Assembly (NCBI GenBank): GCA_037379345.1
Contig: CM074518.1
Span: forward strand, 10,354,001 to 10,418,000
Length of the DNA: 64,000 nucleotides
Reading direction: 5' to 3'
Source of the DNA: Perna viridis
Lineage: Eukaryota
Shown here: positions 25,101 through 38,884 of the stretch, one piece after another
Layout: every line of letters starts with the position of its first letter
How positions within the stretch are numbered: the stretch's first letter is position 1
Position numbers and translations under genes: made by a program
The notes under the pieces: generated by a model
Databases searched by the model: none
Told to the model about the DNA's origin: nothing
The model's input: only the letters and a program-made list of their open reading frames with translations

Positions 25101-28100
25101 GGGGGTGCAAGGACATTATTTGCCATTTTTGTCAACTTTACACATGAAAATGACAAATTTTCCAAGAAAAAAGAGAAGTGCTAATCCCCTGCATCCTCTC
25201 CCTGGATCCACCACTGGTAATCATGTTTGGCTTGTAAATTGTTTGTCGGTGGATTTCAATTAAGGATCAAAGTTTAAGTTGGAAACTTTATATAATAATG
25301 GTAGTCTAAATCAAAATAATGTTATTAGTATTTTCTCAAATGTATAAGTAACCCTTTCTATTTAGTACCATAATAACCAAGCAATTAACATCACTTAACA
25401 TATTATACACATTTCCCAACACAGGGTTCTGATTATAAGGTTTGTATGAAGTTTTACACTGTATAAATGTTATTTAACATTGTGATAATAATTTTACCAT
25501 GCATGGAAGTAATTTTTAGTCTTACTATTTGTTTTGATACCATTTTGCTTTATTGAACTTTAGTTGGACGAGAAACTGCACAGACAACAAAGTATTGATG
25601 TATGTTCATTAGGTGTCCTATTTATATTGACATAGTGTAGTCTGACGCTAGTTATTATTTTTGTTGTTTTGACATTGTTGTTTGCTAGTCAGTTTGTGTG
25701 ATTTTCTTTCCTCCGTATTTTGTCTTTTGCTTGGATTTACACGTATCTTGATAATTTTAAATTCAGAGAAAGATTGTTAAAGGCTGTTTTAGACCCCATA
25801 ATTGGCACATTCTTCAGATCCTGATATATTATTATTTTAACCTGCTTGTGCAATGAAAAAATGGTTGCTTCCTTGAATTTGCTTCTATTTTGCAATGAAA
25901 TTCTGCATGTTCTGAAAACTTAACTCCATCAGTGTATGTAAATTTTCAAAATTACTTTAAAGTATTTCAAAAGTTTTGTTGATATTAGAGGGTTTTTGTC
26001 TAAAATTGTTTTGAAAAAATTTGTGTTGGGACTAAATATTTAAATATATGATGTAAAAAAGGAGATGTGGTATGATTGACAATGAGATAGACATCCACCA
26101 AATATCAAGCAGCAATCAATTAAACTTCTACAAGTCACCACACAGTCTTCAGTGATGGGCAAAACCCATACCATAAAGTAAGCTGTAAAAGGCCACAAAT
26201 AAAATGATGTAAAATTTTTAATTCATAAAAGACAAAAATTGATGTAATCTATACAAAAAATGTAACACAAATAACAATGAACATAAAAAATAACAACCAC
26301 TGGACTTCAGGTTCCTAGCTTGGAACTCTATGATGTCTCTCGTAAAATTACCTATCATATGTAAAAGTTAATGCTTAATAAGGGTGTGGCTGTAAACATG
26401 TTCAAATTAAGGTTTTTCAGATATTTTGTTAGATTTTTCATGTTATAATTTATTTGGAGGGGTTGAAACTACTTTATCAATAGAATTTTATCAGAAAGCT
26501 GAATTTAAATCATAATGAGATGACATTAATGTTAAAAAAAATATAGGAATTCAAACTTAAACCATACTTTATTTTATGGACCAAAAACATTCTTTATCAC
26601 ACTTTCTCCTTTAAAGATGCAAATAAAGAGGGTTTAGTTAAGATTTTTTGAATGGAACCTTTGAGATAATTACTACTGTCAGGGACCTTTTACTTACATG
26701 TATATATTCTTTCTAAACTTTTGATTTATACAGGATGAACTTGTTATGTCTTACTGAGCAGGTTTTCAACATTATTGTCAAACCTTTCGGGTCTTGTTAA
26801 TAATATCAAAAGATTTGAAAAAAAGTAGTAAAAAGTTGACTGAATGATTAAGATATTTCTCCATCTGACTTAAATTGTGCATGCTGCATTGTTTTATCTT
26901 TATGTTGAAAATTGTAATATATGTGCCAATGTTTTCTAACTGATGTTGTGGCACTATTGATGTAAATGATATAAAATAAGGCAATTATAGTGATTGTTTA
27001 TTATTATATCTTGGTTAGTGACTGTTGAATTATTGTGAATGTTTTAAGCTAAATGGCATCCAGAGTGAAGTTGTGGCTTGCAGTGCTTCTTTTAGTTCTG
27101 TCTGTTTTGTTCTTTATAAACCAGTTGTGATGTTCAGGACTTACTCAGCTATTTTGTAATCTGGTCATTTAATTATTTTTTTTCAATCCAATGTAACTAA
27201 ACATTATATAAATATTATAGCTGATTTTATAATTAAATCCATAGTGATGTCATATAAACAATGCATACACTAATCGAGAATGTTGATAAATTTATTTGTG
27301 TTATTAAAGTAGACTATTTATAGGTCTGGGCTCTGCATAAGTTCTATTCCTTGAGTATTTCCTGTATTATAGGGGTCAGACACTTATGTCTTCCAATGTG
27401 GTAGATGGTTAGCTCGTGATGAGGATGATTACAGTACATCAAGGGAGTTAATCCCTGACAAGAAACTGCAGGAGGTCATGACATCATCAGGACAATCTAA
27501 GGTCAAAGAGATCAAACTTAGGGATAAACTCACAAGTAAGTGGAATGAATAACTCATAAGATCAACATATAAATTTGGACCTTTCTAACTACTAATTGTG
27601 GTTAATTTTAAATTATATTTACTTAAGTGAATATTCTAAGATCCATGAGCTGTTTGGTACTCAGAAATGTTTAATCACTGGTATACTGCATGAAAAGTGG
27701 ACTGCTTTATGCTTATCTTCAAACCTTTAAAAATAAATTATTATAACATTATAATTTGTGAAAGTTTGATGATGAAACAAATCTATTGGAAATCCCTTTG
27801 TCATAATGGCTACCAATTTAGTAATAATTGTATTACAGAGAAAGTTTATGAAGTAAGTGTGTTTACTGGTGATGAAAGTAGTGCAGGCACTGATGCTAAT
27901 GTATTCCTTAATGTCATTGGAGAGAATGGTGATGCTGGAGAAAGAAAACTACACAAATCAGAAACTCATATGGATAAATTTGAAAGAAATCATGTAAGTT
28001 TTATTGCAACATTTGTTATGCATTAAAATATTGTACTGTCTAAAAGAACCATAATGATCTGTGATGTTTTATGTATGTTGCATAGGTAATGAGTTAAAGT

Positions 28101-31100
28101 TAGGTAACTAATGGATACTTCTTTGAAATACTTTTTGAAACTTTGATCTTTTGATTTTAAGTCACATCAAGTACCTTTATATTCTGAAAATATTACAATT
28201 ATTGATTTTTTTAGGGGAAAATAAAAATGGGAATTGCCCCTATATTATGGCCTTTTTTGTTTCAGTGTGATGTGTTCAAAATTGAGGCTGGTGACCTTGG
28301 AAAGATTTACAAGGTTAAAATTCGCCATGACAACTCCAGTTTCTTTAAGTCAGCCTGGTACCTGAGTAAGATAGAAGTCAAAGATCCAGTAGACAATGAA
28401 GTTTATGTGTTTTATTGTGAACGATGGCTAGCTAAAAATAAGGATGACGGAAAGATTGAAAGATCCCTATATGTCAAGGTACAAAAGATATATACTGTAA
28501 AATTATTGTGATATTATTATTATTGCAAACAAAGTGATTGAAATTCAATTGCAATAGCTTACATTATAGGAATTTTTACCATAACATATCCTGGTTTTGT
28601 TCTTAAAATCATAAAAATTCCATTTTTGACAAAAAAGACAAAAAAGCAATTATCAATAAGCATAATAATACCAGAATTTACAGTTTACTTGGAAATTTAA
28701 ACCGAGAAAATTAAGATCTGTAGAAGTTTTTTTGAAAATAACTTATATTTGATAACTTCATGAACATGGTGATACTTATTGTCAGCCTTTCTTCCATTAC
28801 ATGTTTTATTGGTATTGCAAATTTATATTATCTCTTTATATAATTAGATTTATAAATCTTAAGTGAGGAACGGTAGTTTTTTTTACATGGAAATGATGAA
28901 ATATTTTCAGTGCAGATTTCTTGTATTCCCTGTTTAATGTTGTCTGTTGTAATAAGAAATAAGGATGTATGTATATATGTATGACTGTGTGTTGTAGGGT
29001 TATACCGGTGATATGGGTTCCAGTACGGGGTCTGTCAACACAATGAGATATGGTTCTCAGGCTAGTCTAGAATCATCCAGGAGCTCCAAGAGTCCCAGAC
29101 TGAGTAGGAAACAAATGTCAATGGCCTCCAGTATTGTAGGAATACCAGAAGGAGAGATGCGTAAGTTTTGAAAGTTTAGCATTCAATATTAACCATACCA
29201 CTCCCCCTTTATTTTATATTTCATTAAAATAACTATTACAGTAAGATGATTTGACAGTATTGTTTGTTTTTCATTGTAGCCTGTATACGTTCAGATTGAG
29301 TTAGAACCAACAGGACATGAATACAGAATAAGTTTTAAAAATTGATAACGCATCATATGTTTGTTGACTAAGTTGCCAGTCTCCACTTGAATGACATGAT
29401 TTTTTTTCTTCATTTTCAAATCTGGAATTTATCCAGATGATCCTTTTTTTTCACTTTATTGCTTCTGATTTTGTCAATATTTGCTTTGTTGACTTTGTAA
29501 AATTAGATCTGGAATGAATGACCAAATTTTTTTCATGTTTGGTCAAATTATTTGATGCAAAAGGAAGAAGCGCAAGCATATCACCTGTATTTTTTAATTT
29601 TTTAATCTGAAAGGAATTTAATCTTTAAGAAAGTTATCTGACTTGTGTGCCTTAATTGTTTTCAGCTACAACCTATACAATCAGTGTTTCTACTGGTGAT
29701 GGTGATGATAACGGAACAGACAGTAATGTGTATGTGGATATATGTGGTCCTAAGAACAAACATACAGGCAAACTGTTCCTAGACTTACAAGGGAAAGATA
29801 AATTTGAACCAAGATCTACAGAAACATTCAATATAGATGCATTGGATTTAGATGAAGTTAGAAAGATTAAGGTAAATTTCATTCTGACTTGTTTTAGAAA
29901 CTTTGAAATAACCTTTTTAATTGTGCATGCAGTTTGAAAATGTTTGGTTATGTTTGGGTACTATTTAAGATAAAATTTAAGTAATAAATAAGAAACTCTT
30001 TGTCATTGTACAACTCCTCTTAAATGGCTCAAGTGATTTTGGTTTTATCTCAATTTCATAGAAAGATTGAGTATAACATGTGTATATGCAATCAGTAATA
30101 TAGATTTTGTCTGGGGACTCCAAAGGGAGATAATCCAACTAAAGGGTTTTACATGTTAAAGGCGTAACTCCTCCTAAACCACTCAACAGTTTTTGAAGAA
30201 ATTGTATAAGAAAGAAATTATGTGTAAATGTACATGAAGGAAGATGATTAATGTCAAGGAATTGAATAGCATTTTCCAGACATTTCAGAGCATTTTATAT
30301 TTTACAATGACAGGTTGGGCATGATGGTACAGCACCAGGTACTGGCTGGTTCCTGAAGACAGTCACTATTGATATACCAAGTAAAGGGAAACACTACCTG
30401 TTTAACTGTAGTACATGGTTGGCCAGAGATAAGAGTGATGGTAAAACAGAGAGGACCTTCTCCCTGGATGATGGAGTCAGTACAGTTACATCATATAAAG
30501 CTAGTGAGTTACTACATTAAAGACACAGTAACTAGCTACACCAACTGATTACTACATAGTATTAAATTAAATTAGATACATATACACAATAACTTGTGGC
30601 ACCAAATGAGAAACTACATAGAATAAGATATGTATGCACAATGACTGGTTGCATCAAATTAGTAACCATAGAATTAAGTTCATATATGCACTGTTTAATG
30701 TAATAATAGCTGGATACTAGCAGTTAATTGCACTTTTTAGTGTAGTAATGGCTGGATACTAGTAGTATGTACATTTTGAGTTATTCTTACTTAAACCAAG
30801 TGATGTTTCAGAGAATGAGAAGTTACTTCTATAAAGTGTCAATCATTGTTCATTGATTATATCCATTTGTATTACAATATCAATCTACAGGCTCTGTATT
30901 TCTGTTACTGGTGCTTTGACTAAAGTAAGCAGGTATTCTTTTACATATGGAAGCTGGTATTAAAATAGTCATGGATGCTAAAGCATTTTTGACTTTACCC
31001 TTGAATCATGGTTGGGTTAAATGCTTTTCTTGATTTTCGCTATTGTATTAAAAAGTGTGTTCACATTATCAGTTTGCCAAATACTCTACATAACCAAGGA

Positions 31101-34100
31101 ATTTTAAATAATCAGACGACAAAGATTAAATTAATCCAAATCATAACAAACCACAATGCTATAATGTTATTATATGACTTGTGTCTATTTCAGTGATACC
31201 TTATGAGTGTACAGTTATCACTGGTGACGTTGACAAAGCTGGTACCGACATGCAGATCACTATAACTGCTTTTGGTTCCAGTGGTACATCCTCTCCTACG
31301 GTTTTAGAAAAGTCTGGTAATAGGTTTGAGAGAGGCAGTGAAGACCTCATTAAGGTATAATTGATTTTAATATATATTTGAAAAGAAATGTAAAAAAAAT
31401 ATTGAAAATTTTACTCAGTTTCACCTAACTTATGTCATCATAGATTATACAGAATGAAATACAACTCTATAATTAGGGTTTTCTGCAAAAAACTTGTTTA
31501 GTTCAAAGGATTTATTCTAAGGATTATGGAAACTTTCAAAATTAATAAGTTATTGGTTATAATAGCTTTTTTACTCAACTCTAAAATCATGGTGTTACAT
31601 TATAGTTGGACCTTGAAGATGTTGGACCATTAAAGAAGATTAGGATAGAGACCAGTGGTAAAGGAAGTAGACCAGCATGGTGTCTGGAAAAGGTCAGATT
31701 CTAGAACTTAGAATACCTTTAACTAATTCATCTTAAAATTTTTATTCAATTTGTAGTTAATGTCAATGAAACAAGAATCCTAGCACTCAAACTTCTGACC
31801 AAAACTAGATGCGATTTTTCATCATTCAACTTGAATCAATCAAAAAACATCTTTGCTTACTTGATTAATTAAGTTCAGTATCTCCAATGATAATAAATTG
31901 CATAAGTTTATAAGTTATAATTGGAGGAAATTTGTATGAAGTATATTTTTGTAGTAATTACATGTATTTCTGAGGTTAAGTTGTTGTTTATAAACCTCTG
32001 CGATGTCTCATCTTGTTTAGGTACTAATTGATAAGTGTGCATGTATTATACTTTTTCTGGGTGTTCTATCTCAACTTTTATAATTGCCTCTTTGATATTG
32101 TCATTATATATATTTTCAGATTTCGATGATGAACATGAAATCTGGGGAGAAGACAAACTTTATCTGTAATGACTGGTTCAATAGAGATAAAGGTTTCACC
32201 AAGGATATTGCAGCCAAACTACGTGGCAAAGAAGCTCTTGAAAGTAAGAAATTAATTTTTCTCAATTGTTTGTGTGATATTATTCTCTGTCATTTGTTAA
32301 CTTGTACATTCACAATTAACATAGGTTTATGTACAGTGATTTTTTTGTCAGCCTTCTACAATGTATTTCCTAATTCTGACCACCTGGGAAGTCTTGTATT
32401 AGCATCTGGATTCCATTATGGGAGTGCCATTGTTTCAATCCCTAGCTGGGTCCTTCCAAAGGTTTTAAAATTGGTTGTCACTGTTTCTTTAACAAGCACA
32501 TAACAGATAGGAAATAGAGTGACAACTGATTTACTTGTAGTCAAAATAATTTGTCTCAGTAGAAAAAAAAATCTGCCTCAGTGTGTACTGATGATTCTTG
32601 TTCTGAAATATCTGCCATATGATGGGAGACTACAGGTAACTAATCAAAATTTCCTTTAAGGTAGACATTTTAAAATCATTCAGAAGTCCCACAGCAGATT
32701 GCTTGTAATATTAATTGATATAAACAAGGACAAATACGAACATTTCTGTCTGCAAATACCACATTCAGATGCCTATCTGGTTATGTGTTTATTTACATAA
32801 AGTTTATGAAATGACATAGCATATTTACCTGGGTAATTAAAAGATAAATCTCATTTTTTTAAATACTATTCTGCTCCTTTTTCAGAAACTTCCTACAAAG
32901 TAAATGTGAAGACCTCCAATGTTCGAGGTGCTGGAACTGATGCCAATGTTTACATCATTCTATTTGGTGCTCATGGTGATACTGGTCAGTTACACCTCAA
33001 GACTTCAGAAACATTCAAAGATCCTTTTGAGAATGACCAAATAGATGTGTTCACATTTAAAGATATGCTGAGTATAGGGGAAATGTCAAAGTGCAGAGTT
33101 TGGCATGATAATAAAGGTAAGGGCTATGGCTGAGTTATTTCCCTTTTTCTGTACATATACTGTGGTCAAATTCACCTAATTTGTTTAAGTTAATAAGACG
33201 CTGATATTCAATGATAAATACTTACACCATTCAAGTTTTAGATCACATATTGTAATTATGAATTATATGCAATGAAATTTTTCACTCGCACATTGGGTAA
33301 TGTTGGGACTTTTTATTTTATAATCGTTTTCCTGACCTACAGAATAAACACCTTAGGAATGACAAGCAACACTGGATAGAGATTTGAATAATGAAAATGG
33401 CAACAATAGATGTTATTACATATAAATGATACATGTGAAAATGCTAGTGAGTATCAAGATACACTGCACAAGAATTACAAAAGCCAAATTCAACACCTTT
33501 TTATAATCAGTTGTCTATTTCAGGATTTGGTGCTGCTTGGCATTTAGCTTTCATAGAAGTAGAGGATCTAAAGACCAAAAAGGTGTACAAGTTCCACTGT
33601 GACAAATGGTTATCTACAAAGGAAGATGATAAACAGATTGTAAGGGAGCTAACTTGTGGTACATCATCCACTCCAAGGTCACCTGGTAGTAAAGAGGTCA
33701 TCAGTAAGTAGTTAGAGATTACCTGATAAAAAGGTGTTGTTAAGGAAACATTGATAACATTTAAACTTTTATAATTTGCATAAATACAGAAAGTAGAAAA
33801 TATCCTTTCAGTATTATATCTCATGATGAAGGGAATGTTAAGTTATTAGTATACATGTACATGTTATTTTATATGAATTGTAACTGTCTTGTTGTTTGGT
33901 GCTTTTTGAACAAACCAAGTTATTTTGTATAACCTGGTTTGGTACTGTGATGTCTTCAATGTCAATTGATATACAGTTTGTTATTTAAAAAATCCCCAAA
34001 AAGATAATGTTACAAATCTGTTCTTAATTTTTTAACTGGAATCCAAATTTGATTGAAATTAAATTATCAGTATTATTTTTAATTTTTTAAAAGGTTGCAT

Positions 34101-36260
34101 AAATAACCTGGATTGGGCCACTTTACTCTTTGTAAACTGTTGTAACCCAAAATATTTTGTTTAAGAGTGCAAAAAATTGAAATCTTCCTAAAATAAAGGT
34201 ATAAAACCTGTTGATCCGGAATATTGAGGAAAAATAACTTTTAAACCAGTTCTGAATAGATGACCTACATATTATTATTTTTAGATTACGAGTTAGAAGT
34301 AGAGACGTCAGGTATTGATGAGGCAGGTACTATGCATCATGGTTGGGTCATTATTGAGGGAAACAATGGATCTAAGAAGTATAAAATGCATAACAGCAAA
34401 ATAGATAAGAAATTACGAAGGTAATTATATAATTGTTAATTCAATAATATATTGTAATTTGGATTTTTATGAAGAAAAATTGTAGTGTGCATTTTTCAAA
34501 ATTGAATTTTCGACTTAATACTTATTACATTTATTAACAAAACCAGTATGAGCTGTGTCACTAGACAAAAATTATACTATATTATAGAGTATGGACTATT
34601 TGTCACTTAAAAAAATTATCATGATTTCTTTTTTATTGCATTATAGAGGAACAACTAACACATTTACTATAACTTGTAAGCCATTGGGCAAATTGAAGAG
34701 TATAATTGTTGGTGCCTGTGAACGTGAGGACATTCCTGTGGGCAACGCTACAGGCAAGGAGGCTCAGTGGTTGTGTAAGAGGATATCTATTACAGACACA
34801 ATCTCTGGGGACAAGTAAGTACTCAGTAGCTTTTACAGATGTTGTATTGGTGACAAAGAATGATTTGGGTAACTTGCATTGTGGCTTGAGTGATGGTATA
34901 AAGTTTTGACATGTATTAATTTTCGATGTCTTTAAGATTTGCATATTTCAAGTTTCATGTAAGAAATTAAAAATATTTATTATGATTTCGCCATGTTAAA
35001 CAATATTTGTACACAGAGTTTGACTTGTCACAGTAAATTTTTTTTATAAAACAAAAAGTAAAATAATCTTTCCTACATTTTAGTTTAATAAATCATGTTT
35101 GATTTAAACACAATATCTATCTTTCCTTGTTTCAGATATGTTTTCTCTGTAAATTCCTGGCTACCAATATCAGAAACAGCATATGACCTTGCAGATGGCA
35201 AAAAGTGTAAGGTCAAATCAGTAGATAAAGGTCAAGTTGCAGTAGTAAGAAGTAAGTCTGTGCTGCATATATTCAAGCTATTTGACCACTTTTCTGTATT
35301 ATTGACAATAGCACGATACTATTTCAAAATAATCAGGTCTGAATTAGTTACTTGCATTCATGTCTTCAGTGGGACATTAATCTATATTAAATCATAAAAT
35401 TGTTGATTCAATTAAAAGAATTTTACTGGGGAATGGTTTAGAATGTAATAGACCATGATTTGGATAAACAAATTTGCTCACATTTCAAGTTGAAATGTTT
35501 TTTAACATTTTCATGTAATAATGTCTTGTTTTTCAGATTTAGCTGCTATTAAATATGAAGTGATTGTATACACTGGTGATGTTTCTGGTGCAGGAACCAA
35601 TGCTAATGTATTTATCACACTGTTTGGTGAACATGGTGACAGTGGCAAACGCCCCCTTAAACAGAGCTTCAGGAACCTGTTTGAAAAGAACCAGATAGAT
35701 AAATTCAACATTGAATGTTTAGATTTAGGTATGAAGTGAATGATGGGTTAATAGAGATTGTGAACACAAGGTCAACCTCTCAGCTGGATATTTTTCTCAG
35801 AGAAAACGATTCCATTACTCAGTTAAAGAATAGTTAATCTTCATAATGATGCAAAACTAAGCTGTTAATGAAAAGTTTGACCTTGGAGATAAATAGTTTG
35901 AATAATTTTATATGTGAGATTTGATTTAGAAAAAGCACCTTCAGTTTGAAATTGATTTTATTTAGTAATATGTTAAATTGTACATGTTGTTAACTTTGTG
36001 AAAATATTGTCATTTCATTCAAATAAAATAGCAATTGAAATTTTTCATTTTTTTGTATCAACTTTTATTATATTTTTTAAGGTGAGTTACAGAAGGTGCG
36101 AATTGAGCATGACAATTCTGGTTTCCGACCTGGTTGGTTCCTAGAGAAGGTGGAAATAGCCAATCAAGCAACAAGTGCCACTTCAACATTCCCTTGTCAC
36201 AGATGGTTAGACAAAGATAAAGATGATGGACAAATATCCAGAGATATACTTGTTTCCTAG
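1116..36260 (+). CDS. LOXHD1: Lipoxygenase homology (PLAT) domain-containing protein 1, 5'-partial, 36 coding exons in window
   Basis: Exons (GT-AG, phases consistent): 1116-1248, 3941-4333, 4732-4979, 5470-5605, 5986-6143, 8029-8186, 8557-8630, 9211-9404, 9656-9848, 13805-13965, 14810-14896, 15285-15717, 15900-16054, 16631-16764, 17401-17549, 17915-18019, 19014-19122, 20269-20456, 21820-21995, 23494-23610, 27373-27535, 27839-27993, 28266-28478, 28998-29160, 29666-29871, 30314-30503, 31194-31354, 31606-31692, 32120-32243, 32886-33116, 33524-33703, 34285-34420, 34647-34814, 35136-35251, 35537-35728, 36082-36260 (TAG). The PLAT signature recurs throughout (YxVxVxTG..AGTDANVxIxLxG..GD / FE.G..DxF / IGHD..G...WxLxKV / FxCxRWL...DDG.IxREL): 14 complete repeats plus one partial. 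A charged insertion in one repeat and a divergent penultimate repeat match vertebrate LOXHD1 as I recall it. Confidence 0.95.
2894..3712. repeat. Minisatellite, 25-bp unit, ~32 copies
   Basis: Unit tatgggtccactactacacacattg. It accounts for the three overlapping repetitive ORFs. Confidence 0.95.
10056..10255. repeat. Tandem repeat, 67-bp unit x3
   Basis: attttcaccagttcaagctg... recurs at 10061, 10128 and 10195. Confidence 0.95.
11265..12150. repeat. Minisatellite, 36-bp unit with higher-order structure
   Basis: Unit ttttgtgttctatacatactgcccacgcttccggac. A variant block (tttcccaaatattgtgttctgtacatactacacaagtttcc) recurs every ~210-240 bp. Confidence 0.95.
14305..14809. repeat. Diverged minisatellite, ~36-bp unit, ~14 copies, ending at a LOXHD1 splice acceptor
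   Basis: Unit tatgactgttgctgacaacaatgacaactttttc(a/g)g. The last unit supplies tttttttcag|ATT at 14809/14810. Confidence 0.9.
17980..18240 (+). repeat. 54-bp tandem repeat of an exon 3' end plus splice donor, ~5 copies
   Basis: Unit aatgtttacattatactgtatggtgaacatgatcatacag|gtacaatttacatc. The first copy is coding ([14 protein letters not shown]). Confidence 0.9.
19433..20087. repeat. Homogeneous minisatellite, 47-bp unit x14
   Basis: Unit gctgccttagtaatgactcactgacctacagatttctcttgtttacg. Confidence 0.95.
20821..20870 (+). ncRNA. Degenerate minimal type-I hammerhead ribozyme (Penelope-like element type)
   Basis: Perfect 9-bp stem I CATATACTG (20821-20829) / CAGTATATG (20862-20870) encloses CTGATGA, stem II GAGG-ttact-CCTT, GAAT (consensus GAAA), a minimal stem III C-gcat-G and a GUA cleavage triplet. 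Confidence 0.7.
20872..21125. mobile_element. Dispersed structured repeat next to the hammerhead (probable Penelope-like non-autonomous remnant)
   Basis: A second, partial copy lies in inverted orientation at ~43076-43145. A 13-bp stem (21011-21023 / 21099-21111) encloses nested hairpins. Confidence 0.6.
21672..21827 (+). repeat. 52-bp tandem repeat x3 spanning a splice acceptor and exon start
   Basis: Unit agcactgtacagttactgctcatcggttaattctatatttgtag|gtatccca. The third copy holds the in-frame acceptor at 21819/21820. Confidence 0.9.
23343..23424. repeat. Short tandem duplication, ~41 bp x2
   Basis: ccagttcttcacttgggacttgtgtaa(t/g)gactcattatgct occurs twice. Confidence 0.85.
23912..24123. 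mobile_element. Kolobok-like MITE, copy 1
   Basis: Imperfect ~32-bp TIRs GGAGGTAGACCTAGAGTAAGGGACGTAACTCT / AGAGTTGTATCCCTTACCCTAGGTCTACCTCC. Flanks are TTAT and TTAA. Second copy at 40682-40873. Confidence 0.8.
25425..25439 (+). other. Candidate 15-nt microexon of LOXHD1 (GSDYK)
   Basis: cacttaac...atttcccaacacag|GGTTCTGATTATAAG|gtttgt. It is phase 0-0 inside a phase-0 intron, so it preserves frame. Confidence 0.45.
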
Positions 36261-38884
36261 ATAGGACTCTGGAATTATTTAGTATATAGGTTACTTTACA
36301 TGATTTTAGGTGTCTTGGGAGTCCCATGTTGTGATATTTATAAATGGTTATCTCCCTTTTATTGAGTTTTAGTTGTTTTAACTGACTATAATAATATACA
36401 ATCATGACAATGGGTGAGAATTGTTATAATTATTTTGACTGTAATGTATAACAGTAATAATTAAAAGAAGAACATTCATTTTTATTAATGTGCATGATTT
36501 TGCTGTATGTAATAAAAGTAATTTGTAAATATATACAATTTCATACATACTTATATACAAGTTTACATGTGATGAAAAATATTGCATTTCCTTGAGATTG
36601 TGTTTGTACATCTGTTTAACATCTTGAAACTGTTGACAAATGCATGAAAGAGTTATCACATGACAGTTCTTTTGAATAAGAATTAGTTGAACTTTAAATG
36701 ATGACATGTATAATTGGATGTGGTTTATGCCTTATTTGTTAATTTATAGCATGCTTTGTGCCATTTCTAGAGCTGTAATCCCTTTTCCCACAGCTAAGGT
36801 TTGTAGTTGATAGTCCGTAAATACAACTTAACAAATCTCAGGGATGTATTTTGAGTGTATTTTTTTCAATTGATTTGAAAATGGCTTCTTATGAGTTTAA
36901 ATGATTTAAAAAAAAATTAGTCTGAAGTTGCCTTAATTATGTATTTATTTTGCTCAGTAAACATTGTGCCTGGGTTTACTAAGAATTGCCTGGTTGTTTT
37001 CTTATTGTTCTTATCTCGACCTTCTAAAAATATTAGTTAACATATGACCATCTAAAGGCATTTTGTATATTGAAAAATCATGTTATGAAAGGATTTTATT
37101 TTCCTAGATATCCTATGGCCACACTCTAAATTAAACCTTTTTTCAACTGATTTGAATGAGAATATATAAGTCCTCAGAAGAATCTCAAAAGTTTGATATT
37201 TGTTTTCCCTGAAAACATTACATATAGATGTAAATAAATTCTTTGTAAAGAACTAGGTCATTTTGATATAGTCCCAGATTCTATTTGACCAAAGAAGTTC
37301 TTATAGTGTTGTATATTTTCCTAAAAAGTGCTTCTACACAAATCACCATTCAATCATCTTGTACTTAAGACACATATATTTAGTTTTCATAGTAATAACT
37401 TAATCTAGTCATAGATATATATATAACAAGTGGTCTTAAGTGACTTTTTTAATTAAAATTTAATCCATTTTTTTAATTTTATTTTTTACATTTTGTTCAG
37501 GATTTTTTTTTACAGTCATTTTTCTACAAAACTTTTATTGTATATATTTTAACAATTATCTTATAAGAAATGGATAATATTTACAAAGTCCTATTTATTT
37601 GTTTACCTATCCGAAGTTTGGCCAGAAATATTTAAATGACTTTAATTGTATTTTATTTTAATGATGATTTTTTCAGCTCAAAATGACTGTATGCCATGAT
37701 AAACAATATTTGTTATTGTAAATATCCTTTTGGAAGTACATTGTATTTTGTACATGTATTCCAGTAATTTGTACATGTATTTCAGTAATTTGTGATATAT
37801 TTAAGTCAGTAGTGTTTACAATGAATGTTTTTATGTGAGGTTATCATGCAGTTCTTTACATTGGGTATCAATAGATTTGTTTCTTTTGTATTGATTTATT
37901 ATCTATAAACTGTGATATTTCTTATTTCCAAGTTTACACTGTGCCGTCCATATATGTATGTGTACTTAATGTCTAAATTCTTTATGAAATTTGCCAACAA
38001 TTTACATAAAATGTTATAATTCAATATCTGTTTAAAGTTCGTTGCCTTAGCCCGTGTGTTAGAATTATTTATGTTCACTACCGGTATGCTTTTTAGATTT
38101 ATGTGTAACTGAGAAATGGGCTATATGAAACTGCTTAAAGTATGATGCTGGTGGTGTGTAAATTTAGGAACATAACATCATTTACAACAACTAAATTTAG
38201 TCAGTCTTTTCTATTGCAAGACCTTACATCCAGCAAAACAGTTATACAATTATTTATATATATTTATAATACATTTGATGATTTTTGACATTCCTATTTG
38301 TTTATAGATTTATGTAACATTTTCATATCACCTACATGGTATGTTAGTGTAGCTATGCTAGGACAACTCAGTTCTGTTATCTATGTTTTAATATGTTATA
38401 GTTACAATTTAAATAGATTAAACATCTGGACTAGCTGTTTGTCATTATTTGAAAATTGTGAATAATTTAGAAACCTTAATCACAGGTGTTACAGGTTTCC
38501 CAGTTTTGTTTTCTACCTATGTCAAATGTTTTCCAGTCTTACCTTCAACAGCTGTTAGGGGTTTTACAGTCTTGCCCTCTTTGTTATAGGTTTTCATTCT
38601 AAAGTATGAAAACTAATAATACCTTGCCAGCCACAATTCCTTTGTGTTCTCACAACATCATGTTTGAAGATAACAATACCCTCTTCTCAAAAAGTGATAA
38701 TAATCTGTTGCATGGGCTACCCGTATTCAGCATTAACCTGCCTTCAAAGACTCATTGAGATACCCCCGTAAAGTGCATTTTGGGTACAATAAAAACTCAT
38801 CACATTGGACTGCCTGTAGCATGGGGCAAAATTTAGTGCTGTCCCAGTAAATATTAGTAGACAGGTTTTATTGTACTCGGATGC

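Noticed and set aside
32588-32620. CTGATGA...GAAA resembling a hammerhead core
   Set aside because: No convincing stems I, II or III.
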